In this document: positions 12,231 to 23,790 of the stretch, in pieces
Layout: each line of letters begins with the position of its first letter
How positions within the stretch are numbered: position 1 is the first letter of the stretch
NCBI RefSeq assembly: GCF_009834535.1
Contig: NC_045696.1
Coordinates: forward strand, 92,692,001-92,756,000
Direction: 5' to 3'
Source: Camelus ferus
Taxonomy: Eukaryota
Length of the DNA stretch: 64,000 nt
Program-made: the position numbers and the translations under genes
Notes under the pieces: generated by a model
The model's database searches: none
Told to the model about the DNA's origin: nothing
The model's input: only the letters and a program-made list of their open reading frames with translations

Positions 12231-13697
12231 CAGGTTAAGGGGGAATAATTTCAGTTTTTAGGGTTAGGTGTGGAACCTCTAAAAAAACCTCAAGGGTTTA
12301 ATCAATGTGGAGTATGCATTATGTATGACCAGCTGGCTTACTCTGCTTAATATCTGGGATTAGATTACATTGCTACCTTAAACACGTTAAAGGATTGCAC
12401 CATATCCTACATGAGAATTTCCTAACCCATCCCTCACCCCAATGTGCTTTTGATCGAAATTCAGCTCCTAAATGAGAGGTACTGACAAAGAGAGACTTGG
12501 GCTCTTTTTGATGCAGTATTATCAGTTGAGTGTCAGTTTGGATATCTACATAGTAACATTTAAACTCTGGCAGATTGTGGAAAACCACATAGTGAGGACA
12601 ATCATAAATATCATGAGACATCTGGAAACCATTTTGTATTTCACTTTTTAGTTAGCCAGTACCTAACATGGAAAATATAAATCAAGGATCAGTTTGATCA
12701 ACCTTAGTTAACTAAGTAGCCTTTAAAAAGTGGCTTATCATTTCCTCTTTTTGTTTGATGAGTGTAAGATGTATTAGCTACTGTGTGCATTCTCTTGGCT
12801 GGCCTGAAAATTGTCAAGGGCAATTGTATTATTTCGGATGATTTTAGATGACAAATTTATATTAGCTTTTGAATTTCTTAACTTATTTTTTGTGTCATAG
12901 TCAGTATGATCGCATGTTTTAGATTAGAAACTTCTAGCCAGCATAGATGCCTGTGTCCTGTACTACTCCTGGTAAGTTAACTGGGCTTTTAAAAACCATG
13001 AGTTACTAAGAGGTTTGTTTTAATTCTTGGAAAGGCAGGATGACCTGTCCAAATCACAGGTCACAGTTGATACAGTAAGTACATGAAGGCCATCTGAATA
13101 CACAAGAATAGTCCTGAGGAGTATTAAGGAGACACAAATTACTGTATGAATTTAGTTGGTTTAATGGACTTCAATATATTTTATTATGGCATCTAAATAC
13201 CTTTCTCAGAAAATAACTGGACTATAGCATATCTCAGTAGTCTACATTCCTTTTTATCCTTGATGTCCCTGGAGTGTCTTTGAGGCTCTAGGAAACATCA
13301 CCAACAGTGACAATATCACTATCAGGGAGGAGCTGCACTGGGTTAGTAATATTAACTACAATAATAGCTATAGTTAGAAATTAATATATAACTATATAAT
13401 ACATAACTATAGTTAATATTAACTCTAAAGGTAACCTATAGGATTTAGGGGCTAGATGACAAAAACAGCAGATTGCAGTTCCAATGATTTACAATACACC
13501 AAAGATCTTCCATTGGCACCTACATCTGAGTTGAGCCAAAACTGCACCTTTCCTTCAAGAAAATTTCTCAATTAAAAAAACCCTTAAAAACCTACTGATA
13601 AATTATTACATGTAATTTTAAAAAAATAATTGAAGAAAACTTTGCTGAACTGGGAAAAGATTTTTATCTTAAGATTGAAATGATCCACTGATTTCAT

Positions 13698-14185
13698 TGT
13701 GATGGTGTAAAAATATGTCTACAAATCCTTTGATACTTTTCCCTTCAAGAGGTGGACCTTTATTCTCCTTGACTGAAGGCTGAACTTAGTGACTTGCTTC
13801 TGATGACTAGAGTATGGTGGAAGTTAAAACAAATAATAATAAAGTGACAGCATGTGACTTTGGAGCTTGTGTCTTAAAAGAACTGTAACTTCTGTGCTCT
13901 TTTAGATTACTTGCTCTAGAGGAAGCCAATTGCCATATCAGAAAGATACCTAAGCAGCTCTACAGAGAGACTCACATGGCAACAAACTGAGGCCTTCTGC
14001 CAACAGGCATGTGAGTGTGCCATCTTGGAAATGGATTCTCCAGCCCCAGTCAAGTGTTCAGATGACTGAAGCCCCAGGTGACATTTTTCACTGCAATCTT
14101 ACGACAAATACCAAGCCAGAACCATCCAGCTATGCTATTCTTGAATTCCTAACCAACAGCAAATGTGAAATAAAATGTTTGTTGT
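13698..14185 (+). mobile_element. MLT1 (MaLR) LTR
   Basis: tgtgatggtgtaaaaat start, catgtgagtgtgccatcttggaaatggattctcagccccagtcaag, and tgttgttttaaagtgctaagttttgg end. Confidence 0.75.
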
Positions 14186-15539
14186 TTTAAAGTGCTAAGT
14201 TTTGGAGTAATAGATAATGAATATAACCAGAAGGGCACATCTAGAAATTAAGAAAAAACTTACAAGCATCAGATGGAAAGAATAAGAAAAGAAAAAAAAT
14301 CAGGTGAATACTTTTTCTTATCAGTAATAGTAGAAGCTGGACGTCAACAACTACAACTTCTGGACAAGCAAAAGATTCAGTTTACCTATACAATCTGTTT
14401 TTTAAAAATAATGGAAGAAATTCTCTAAAATTGAATAGAATTTAATCATGACTACATCAAGATTTTAGGGGCAAGGTAAAGAGCACATCACACAAAAAGC
14501 TATTTTGCAATATTTAAATCTAAATGGATGCTGAGAATATGAGTGGGAATTTGTAATGTTATAAAATCAGTCTTGAAACAGAAATAATTTCCACTTACAT
14601 AGCTTAGTATTAAACTTTCTATTACACAATTCATTGTTCAGCAGGTATTTACATGTAACTTGCTATGCAAATGTACTTAAAATAATTCTCAGCAAGTGCA
14701 CTGAACTTTGATGCCCACAAATGGAACTTCTCTTAAGAACTACAAAAAACTTTCCTGCAAAAACTTTCCTGAAACATTACATCGTTACTTTTCAGAAATG
14801 TACTAGTTTGTACAGTCTGGTGTCCTGTGTAAACTTTAGGTTATATTTAACAAGTGTGTAACCTTGTATTCAAATTTTAATGTCCATCTTCAGAAAACTA
14901 ATCTTTTCTTCTGAATAATTTTCAGATGGACAGTTATTTTAACATTTGTATTTGGAGGAGGCCAGCAATAACATGCTTTCTCTCTTAAATGGTGTGAGGT
15001 TGAGTACATTTAACTTTAATTACAGGTTTTAAGTTTTTGGTTTTAGTATTCAATTAGTTATCCAATGGAAAACACTCTTACTATATATAAAACTTCTATA
15101 GGTAACGTATTTTCTGTATATTACAAATTACGCTTTGGTTCCCTAATGTTATTTTACCTGTGATCATTTCAATACCGTATACATGTTGAGTTAGCATGAA
15201 ACAAAATTTTAATATTGGGCTCTTACAAGATTTTTTACAGTGGCTCAAAAATAGAGGGATGTAGGGAGTCATAATTCCAATCCACCCAACGTAATTATTT
15301 ACCCAGATTCCATTTCCCCTAAATTTCTTCCACCACATTGGAAAAACCGACTACAGAGAAAATCTAGTGCCTCGAGCAGTTTCATTCATTCTACAAATAA
15401 GTAGACACTGTAAGGTATACGCTTCACAATTTAGCCAGGACTTTTTTTTTTTTTTTTTTTCCCACCCTTTTGGGGGCACAAAGCGCCCCTGGCTGCTGAT
15501 AAGGAAATTTCGTAAACTTCCGTCTTTCCTCTCTGTTTC

Positions 15540-16620
15540 TGCTCGGCCCCCAAAAACCACGGCATTTAAAAATTCCCAGCCTGGAGTTTGGGCACCGCCC
15601 ACCCCCAGCCTAATGACGAGCCCTGGCACGGCCGCCGCGGCTTCAGAGGGTGCACGGTATTAACACTTGGCGGCAGGCTCACGCCAGCCTGAACTGCCCT
15701 CACGTGGCCGCAGGGGCCCAATGACCAAGGCCCACGCTTTCCAGACCGCCGCATGCGCTCACAGAGCCCGAGCTCGCGCCCCGCCCCGCCCCGGCCGCAC
15801 GGTGTGCCTGCGTAAGTCCTCCCGTGAGGTCCCGGCCACTGAGGCTTCGGGTTCCTATCTAGCGTTGTTTCCGAACTCGGCCACGGGAACGGGTCCTGGT
15901 TGGCCGACTCTGGAGGTGTGGTCAGGACTCATTTGAGAGCAGGACCACTTCCTGAAGCTCGAGGCAGGAAGTTATCTGGTACCTCTGGAGTCCGGTGGAG
16001 AAAGTGCTGTCTGCCGCATTAGGGGCGGCGAGAGCAGGCGGTGGGCCGGTGGACTGGCCGTTTGGTGTCTCCGCAGCTAGGGGCCGGTCTCCACCGCAGC
16101 ACCACGGCCCCCTCTTACAGCCTCGACCCCGGCGCGGCTGCCGGGGGGGCTCCTGCAAGCTCCTTGACGCCGCTCCAAGGGACACCTACCTGGGCATCGC
16201 CTGGGCCTCCAGCCAAAGGACTGGCTCCCGGCTTCGGCACTCCAGGTCACAGTAAGAAGCGCCCTTATCAACCCCAGCCCTGTCCCCCTCCCTGAGCCAT
16301 CGAGACCCTGGTCCAGAGCGACAGCCTTGGACCTGGGACTGGACGGATCCAAGACGCTCAGCCCCGGCATCCCACAGACGGGGCTCTGCATCGTCCCTGA
16401 TATGTCACCCACCGTCTCCCACAAGGACAACAGTCGGCAACGACGGCCAGGGACTTTCAACCATTCTCTGGATATGAGGAGCGGTCCTTTGCCGCCGGGC
16501 GCCTGGGATGATAATCATCCGGACTTGGTGGGCGGGGAAGGGGACAAAGAAGCTCTTCTGCCGGATGTCGATGTTAGTGACCTCTCAAAACCCCCACAGA
16601 GCTGCCGGGCCGAATTAAGC
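15540..16620 (+). promoter_or_regulatory. SLC33A1: SLC33A1 CpG-island promoter and 5' UTR
   Basis: High CpG density, tandem GC boxes at about 15777-15792, NRF1-like GCATGCGC at 15751, CACGTG at 15701, and ETS motifs at 15947 and 15965. Confidence 0.85.
15718..15736 (+). promoter_or_regulatory. ER stress response element (ERSE-I) consensus match
   Basis: CCAAT-GACCAAGGC-CCACG is an exact CCAAT(N9)CCACG match. Function is not demonstrated. Confidence 0.65.
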
Positions 16621-17176
16621 AGCATTTTGCTGTTGCTCTTTCTTTACGTGCTTCAGGGCATTCCACTGGGCCTGGCGGGAAGCATCCCACTAATTTTGCA
16701 GAGCAAAAATGTTAGCTATACAGATCAAGCTTTCTTCAGTTTTGTCTTTTGGCCCTTCAGTCTCAAATTGCTCTGGGCCCCGTTGGTTGATGCGGTTTAC
16801 TTTAGGAACTTCGGTCGTCGCAAATCTTGGCTTGTCCCTACGCAGTATATACTAGGACTCTTCATGATATATCTGTCCACTCAAGTGGACCATTTTCTCG
16901 GGAATACAGACGGCAGAACCCCCGATGTAGCTGCTCTCACTGTGACATTCTTTCTGTTTGAATTCCTGGCAGCCACTCAGGACATCGCTGTGGATGGTTG
17001 GGCGTTAACTATGTTATCCCGGGAAAACGTGGGTTATGCTTCTACTTGCAATTCAGTGGGCCAAACAGCGGGCTACTTTTTGGGCAATGTTTTGTTTCTG
17101 GCCCTTGAATCTGCTGACTTTTGTAACAAATATTTGAGGTTTCAGCCTCAACCCAGGGGAATCGTTACTCTTTCAG
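16402..17176 (+). CDS. SLC33A1: Acetyl-coenzyme A transporter 1 (AT-1), coding exon 1
   Basis: MSPTVSHKDNSRQRRPG...LLLFLYVLQGIPLGLAGSIPLILQSKNVSYTDQAFFSFVFWPFSLKLLWAPLVD...RGIVTLS; 775 nt; donor CAG|gtagt. Confidence 0.97.
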
Positions 17177-19048
17177 GTAGTGTATTTAAACTATTATGCT
17201 GTTAAATTTATTGTACATTTATGAATCCTTTTGAGACAGTGTGATGTTGAAAGGAACCATTATTTAATTTACTGGAAATCATTTTAAGGGAGATGACCCG
17301 AGGTAAGTTTTCTCTACTACTAAAATAAGCTTCAACCAGAATGACTACGTTAGAGCAATCATAATTGATCAGTATTCTGAAGTGAGCAGAGAAAGGCAGC
17401 CCATCCAATAAACATTGTTGTGTAATAGCAAACAAAACCCTGAGTCTAGGGATCCCTTGGTACTTGCCTCAGATGCACATTTTTTCTAAGTCTGGCTAGT
17501 GTGAAGGCATGAACCCAGCCTGACTCTAAAATTTTCCTTGTGTTTTGTTATTGAGATTTATAGCTCTTTGTTTTCTGGTCCATTTCTACCCCTGCTCTTA
17601 TACCAGGAGCCCTCATCTAGCTTTCTGGTAAATGGAACATGGCTAATTCCTTCAAACATTAATGAGTAGGCCAAGTGACAGAGTTCAAAGAGCCTCCTGT
17701 GATTAAAGCAGAATCCAGCCCACAAGAAGAACTTGTGAGAGTCAGGCTTCGCATTGTGGGTATTTGCCCTTGTTGAATTATAAGGTTTCTTGAAGTGGGT
17801 ACGTGGAATTCCAGAATGTGTAAAACACCAGATGAAAATGCATTGAAGCAGCAAAGTACAAAAATATCCAGGACAGTATATATAACGTTCAAAGTGCCTG
17901 AAGCAGTTGTTGTGGGGACTGGTTTTAGGAAATGGTGCTGAAAGAAAGGTGACCAAATTAGTAGGCTGTGACCGAATTAAAGGTTGTTGACCAATTTCTT
18001 TAGTTGCTTTAAGGGTTTGAAGTTTATCCAGTAGGAAATTGGGTGTAAGTTCTACAAATTTCCCCTTTTTCTGCATGAGTAAAATACATGGCCCTGTAAG
18101 GTTTTCTGGGTTATTTATTTTTTCAAAACTTCCCTAACAACTCAGAAACAGTAGTAAAGTTAGCAATGTCAAGAATAACCAACATCAGGAATATAGTAGA
18201 ATTCTTCATTCTGGTAGTGATGATGAAATTAGGTGATTTTCTTTTGAAATTTAACCAGCTAAATGTCCTCTCATCTTCCCAGTACTAGGGGAGTCCCAAT
18301 AGGGTAAATGTCAGGGGTAGGTGTGTGGTGAGGGAAGTTTAAGCATTATAATATTCAGGGAAGGGAAAGTGGGGAAGAGTAATACACAACTGTATTATCT
18401 CCTGAAATTGTATACACCCCTCCCCCAGCCTTACATCCTATAAAGGACCCCTTTCTACCTCTTGAAACTGCTAGTGAGCCACTACTACTGATGAAATAAT
18501 AGTACTTTTCCTCAGTTGGTTTAAGGCCAAGAATATTTGAGAGATACTGCTTTGCACCTAGACAGGTTTATCTTTGAGAGTTCTGGGATCCCACTCCTGC
18601 TCTGTGGATAATTCTCTGCCTAGAAATACTTCGTGTATGCCTCAGATCAGCACCTTGTTGCTTTTTATGTGTTTTGCTTTTCGTTTTGTACTGGGACTGT
18701 TCATATCACCAAAAAAGGCTAATAAGATTATGTGTTACTTAGCATGGGAAAGTCTCAGTAGAGAAATCAAGGTTGAAGAGACTATGGAAACTAAGTTGCT
18801 AAGTAAATTAGAGCTTTCTCTTAAGTGTGATATAAGATTGATTAATAAATATCATTCCAGAGAATGCCATTATGCATTCAGGAGCCATTTTAACTATATT
18901 CTCCCTTAGCCAGAACTGTTTTCCCATAGGAAGGTCAAAATTGGATTTGGTGCCATTGAATTTTTATTTACACTGGTTTATTATTTTGAATAGCTATTTG
19001 TTCTGTGGAATTTGAACTTCATTCTCCAGGAAATTGTAAAAATAGCTT

Positions 19049-19453
19049 ACTTTTTTTTTTTTTAACCAGTCATCTTTTATTGGGTGTTAATTCTCTAGAA
19101 GGATATGAAAGGATTTGGGGGTGCCGGTCAAAGGTCATGGTCAGGAATGTACAGTGCACCCTCTTCAGTGGTACTTGCGTAGCCGCTATCCTCGTAACAA
19201 AGGGAGTAGCTGAAAAGCGAGTAAGCTGCCTGCACCATAGAAAGCCCAGCGACACTCCCTTTCTTCACGTTGACAGACTTGGAATACCAATAGTAACCTC
19301 TTTGAAAGGCTCCAGTAATGCCTGTGGGGTGAAATCCCACATCAGTATCCAGCTTGGCAGCTGCCCTAATTTGACATCCAGGAGCCTCTTCTCCTTCAGC
19401 AGTACAGTTGACACCATCTTGGAGTCCTGGCTGTCCACTCCTCCAGCCGTGCC
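19049..19453 (-). pseudogene. ATP5MF: Processed pseudogene of ATP synthase membrane subunit f (ATP5MF/ATP5J2)
   Basis: ATG at 19417(-) gives MVSTVLLKEKRLLDVKLGQLPSWILMWDFTP, then a frameshift to TGITGAFQRGYYWYSKSVNVKKGSVAGLSMV, then a second shift to RLRKYH* (TGA at 19165-19167). Intronless, with AATAAA (plus tttatt 19076-19081), poly(A) at 19051-19063, and TSD aaaatagctt at 19039-19048 and 19454-19463. Confidence 0.93.
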
Positions 19454-21384
19454 AAAATAGCTTTTTGATTGAACTTTTCGTATCTGTAGTGTACTGCTGG
19501 TTTTGATTCAAACATTTTAATAAGTTAAGAGTTAAAGAGTTACTGCATTTTCATTTTTTTAAATGACTGCACACATCACATTTATAGCTTTGGGTCTTTT
19601 TGGAATCTAGTAATAGTATAACTAAGAAAAAACAATGGTTTTAAGGAACTTAGCACAGAAAGAATGACGAAGGGAATACAATTGCTTAGGTTATAAAAGA
19701 AGAGTCAAACATTGAGACAGATGTTTACAAAATGAGAAAATTAGAGAGGCATAATGTTTTTAAAATTCTGAAGTACGTTCTTTAATTAACACTTTTGTTT
19801 TGAGTTACAGATACATAGAGAATATATTGAGAAAGAACAGTTTTTACCATACAGAAAGCAGTAGTCTGAATAACACATGTAGAACAGGAAGGATGGGATG
19901 AGAATAGAATCCCTTAGAAGGAAAATCTTGACTATGCTAAGATTGGCTTTTTGGTACCTTAGGGATACAAAACAGTCCTCAACTCAGAGGTGGGCTATTT
20001 TTGGTCTTGCTCCCTTGGTTTTCAAGGATCTTTGGTAGCAAAAAGAGACAACCCTATAAACTTGGAGAAATATGAGCATAACCCAGAAGAACATAGAAAT
20101 TAGAACATAAAGTTTTATGACTTTAAAAGATCATATATTTCACTTCCTTCATTCTTTAGATGAGGAAACTAACTGATCAGGAAACTAACTGGCTAGTTAG
20201 AGGTAGAGATATACCTACAGCTAAGGTTTCCTGACTATTTGGTGTTTTTCCTACACTTGGTAGGAAGCTAAGAAAAACCTCAAGGAAAGCCTTAAAACCT
20301 AAATATGTGCTGATTGGGCTTTTCTGCCAGAGAAAAGTAGCTCTCTGACTGCGATTGTCTAAAAAACATCAACACGCTCCTAGAATGCCTGATGCCCAGA
20401 AGTGACAGACTCAAGGTTTTTTGTTGTTTTTGTTTTTAAAGTGACCTGTGTCATTCATTTACTCAGCACTGAGTGCCTAGTTGGTGCTGGTCATGTGATA
20501 GGTATTGTAATTTGATGAATAAAACCTGGGAATTCTCTGCTCACATGGAATTTATAGTCTATAATGGAGGTTTGCAAACCAAAACGATGAATTGGTGTAA
20601 GACTGTAGGTATTGAAGGGGACAGTAATGACCTGAAAAACTCATACCCTTCTAAAGGCTCCAATAAATTGTTGTCTTGTGGCAATAGGATCCCAGGGTTG
20701 CTAGATCTTAGGAGTATTCAAGAGAAGCTGGAAATTCCATTTTTAGTTTCTAATTAAAAAAAAACACTGGAATCATAAAATATGTCCTTAGGCCAGAGTC
20801 AGCCTGAGAACCAGTAGTTGAGGCCTGCTCCTCTGTAAGCAGTGGTAACAGTAATGAACAGAAGAAGTGATTGGGATAGGGAGCAGGACATTTGGGTTTG
20901 GAGACAGGGAGCAGGATAGTCTGATAGCAGAGAAGGGAACCAAACATATTAGAAATTATGAATCAGTTTACTTATAGATAGGCATGTACATTTGTGGGGT
21001 AAGTCAGAAAAAGGAAATGATGCTTTGAAAAAAAACTAATGCTCTAAGTATGAAGGTAATCAGATTGGTTCAGATAATAGTAAAAACAGTATTTTTAAGA
21101 CAGTCATGCTCTGAGAGAGAGCGTGTGCTGATTTCTGACCACTAAACCACCAGGGAGTGTCATGATGCTCATGCTATGAATTAGGAAGAGAGCAGGACCA
21201 TTAATTCTGATTTATTAACAAATTTATTGCCTGAAGCAGTACTCATTAATATAATTTATGTGACTAGAAATGTTCTTTAATATTTGGGCAGAATTAACTG
21301 ACCCATTCCTACATCAGTTTTTCTGACATAGGCTGTGATACATTCTTTAACATCTGTAGGTATGCTTCAAACCGTTATGTTCTC

Positions 21385-21580
21385 AAAAGATAAAACTATA
21401 GAGATAGAGAACAGATAAGTAGTTACTAGGGCTTGTGGGTGAGGGAGGAGGTTACTATAAATGAATACCATGAAGGAGTTTTGGACGGTGATGGAACTGT
21501 TCTGTATCTTGTTTATGGCTATGGTGATATGAACTTATATATGTGTTAAAATTCATAGAACTGTACACCAAAAAAAAAGA
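21385..21580 (+). mobile_element. L1ME/L1MC-type 3' end fragment
   Basis: aaaactatagagatagagaacagataagtagttactaggg...gatggaactgttctgtatcttg...aaaattcatagaactgtacaccaaaa. Confidence 0.65.
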
Positions 21581-22744
21581 CAAAAATTTTTAAATGAATC
21601 CATTACCTTAAAATTAATCCCTGAGTAATTCATACAAAGTATAATTTCTAAAATCCTTGAGTTTTGCTCTCTTTTTGCCTTATGAACAAGTTCATAAGTC
21701 TGGTGGATTTCACATTTCAATACAGACAAATGGAGCAAGTTAACTTCTCAAATGTTGGGGCCCTAGTAAAGTGAGACAAGCGGAAAATACTGGGGCTACT
21801 AGATGCAGGAGAGATTAGACATTAACACCTGGAGCCCACACCCCAGAAGGAAGGTCTTAAAGCCTTTTTTCTTTTTTAAAGCAAAGCAAAGGAGAAATGG
21901 TACTGTGTGCTTTCTTTGTCCAGTAAAGAACTGTGGAATTGCTTTTGTGGCTGGGGTACACAAAAGTCATTTTAAAAAATACACTGGAAGCTAAAAAATT
22001 GTTTGATTTTTCTTGGCATATGTCTTACTCTGAATTTCACTTCTAATTTTATTGAAATTTATTTGGAGGCCAATTGAATTAGCCTTTACTATGCAAATTT
22101 ATCAGTGAAAGAATCATAGATCCTCACTATTATAAGAAGTCTCCTACTTTTATTTATAGTATTCCTGAAAACTATAATTTAATTGGAGAAAACAAAATAG
22201 ACTTACCTAATACAAGGAGATGTTCTGTTCCTAGAAATTTAAAAGTGGAAAATAAAACTCCTGATTTCACCTGTTCTTCTAGGTGCAGTAATGGATAAAT
22301 CTTGAATTTTATTCATGTTCTTTAATTTCATTATTTTTATTATTTCATATTTTTTAATATAGACTTTATATCTTATGGTGTATTTAATATCTTAGTATAG
22401 GAGGTCACAAATACATAATTTATATGTAAGTGTGCACATTGAAACATTTTTTAAGGATGGAGTGCATATTCAACAAATAGGATGATACTTTCCAGCATCT
22501 CTATTCCTTGATTTGGTGTTATCTAAGAAATTTTTTTTGAATTTCATTTTTTCCGTTCACTTTTGAAAACACAGTAGCTGAAGTCTAGTAGTCATCAAAG
22601 CTATAGTACAGGTGGTTTCAACATGCCTAAAGATTTCTATCTTTTTTGACCATTTTATATTATCTTGTATTTGAGACCTACATTTCTTATTCCTAGCACA
22701 GTCATAGAACTTTTGCATTCTTGTATTTCCCATTAATTTTGAAA

Positions 22745-23790
22745 AACTTTTTATTTGAAAATAATTATAGATTCACAGGAGGTTGCAAAGAAATATTTAG
22801 GGAAGTCCCATGCACCCTTCCCTTAGCCTTCGTTGTTAACCTCTAATGTAACTGTAGTACAATGTCAAAGCCAAGAAATTTACGTAACATTGTAAAGCAA
22901 CAATACTTTTTTTTTAATTCTTTTTTTAAAAAACTTTATTTATTTTGCGGGGGGAGGTAATAAGGTTTATTTGTTTATGTTTAGAGGAGGTACTGGGAAT
23001 TGAACCCAGTACCTTGTGAATGCTAAGCATGCACTCTACCACTTGAGCTGTACCCGCCCCTGTAAACCAACTATGCTTAAGGAAAAAAAAAACCCAAGAA
23101 ATACGCATTGGTACAATCCATAGAGCTTATTTAGATTTCACCAGTTGTACGTGTTCTTATTTAAGTGTGTGGGTGTGTAGCTCTATGTAGTTTCATCACG
23201 TGTAGCCTTATATAACCTCCACCACCACAATCAAAATATTCAGCTGTACCACAAGACTCTTGTGTTGCCTCTTTATAGCTATACCCATTTCGTCCTGTCC
23301 ACCCCTAATCCCTGGCAGCCACTAATCTGTTTTCCATCTTTATGTTATTTTAGAAATGTGACATAAATGAAATCATACAGTATGTATCCTTTGGAGATTG
23401 GCTTTTTTCACTCAGTAAGCTCTTTGAGGTTCATCCAAGTTGTTGCATGGATTAATGGTTTGTTCACTCCTACTGCTGAGAAGTATTCCATTTGCTGGAC
23501 ATAGCACACTGTATTTCCCCACTCATCCTCAGAAGGAGATTTGGGTAGTTTCCAGGTTTTGGCTATTGCTGTGTGAAAATATGCCTTCCTTTCTCTCAGA
23601 TCAACACCCAAGAGTACAAATGCTGATTTATGGTAAGTGTGTTTTTAGTTTTGAAAAGAACTACCCAGTTTTTTTCCAGATTGGCTATGTCATTTTATCT
23701 CCCTACTAGCAATAAGTGAGTGATCCATTTTCTCTGCATCCTTACCAGCATTTCATGTTACCATTATTTTTCATTTTAGCTATTCTGATG
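22745..23790 (-). mobile_element. Old L1M 3' fragment hosting nested insertions
   Basis: ataattatagattcacaggaggttgcaaag and ggcttttttcactcag...gaggttcatccaagttgttgcatg; ORF 23408..23611(-) is L1-like. Confidence 0.75.
22905..23060 (-). mobile_element. Camelid tRNA-derived SINE
   Basis: tRNA-like A and B boxes and TTACCTCCCC tail; degenerate TSD tgtaaa(g/c)caac(a/t)at(a/g)ctt. Confidence 0.9.

Noticed and set aside
15351..16460. Overlapping ORFs in the SLC33A1 promoter region
   Set aside because: GC-rich artefacts, mostly with non-ATG starts and no recognisable domains.
16327..17205. 292-aa single ORF as a complete gene
   Set aside because: It is SLC33A1 exon 1 with a TTG-started extension and read-through into intron 1.
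17558..18076. 172-aa minus-strand ORF in SLC33A1 intron 1
   Set aside because: No recognisable homology, splice structure or retrocopy hallmarks; treated as chance, though no BLAST could be run.
19128..19511. 127-aa ORF overlapping the ATP5MF pseudogene
   Set aside because: It starts at TTG outside the insertion and matches ATP5MF only between two frameshifts. The opposite-strand ORF 19005..19460 is likewise incidental.
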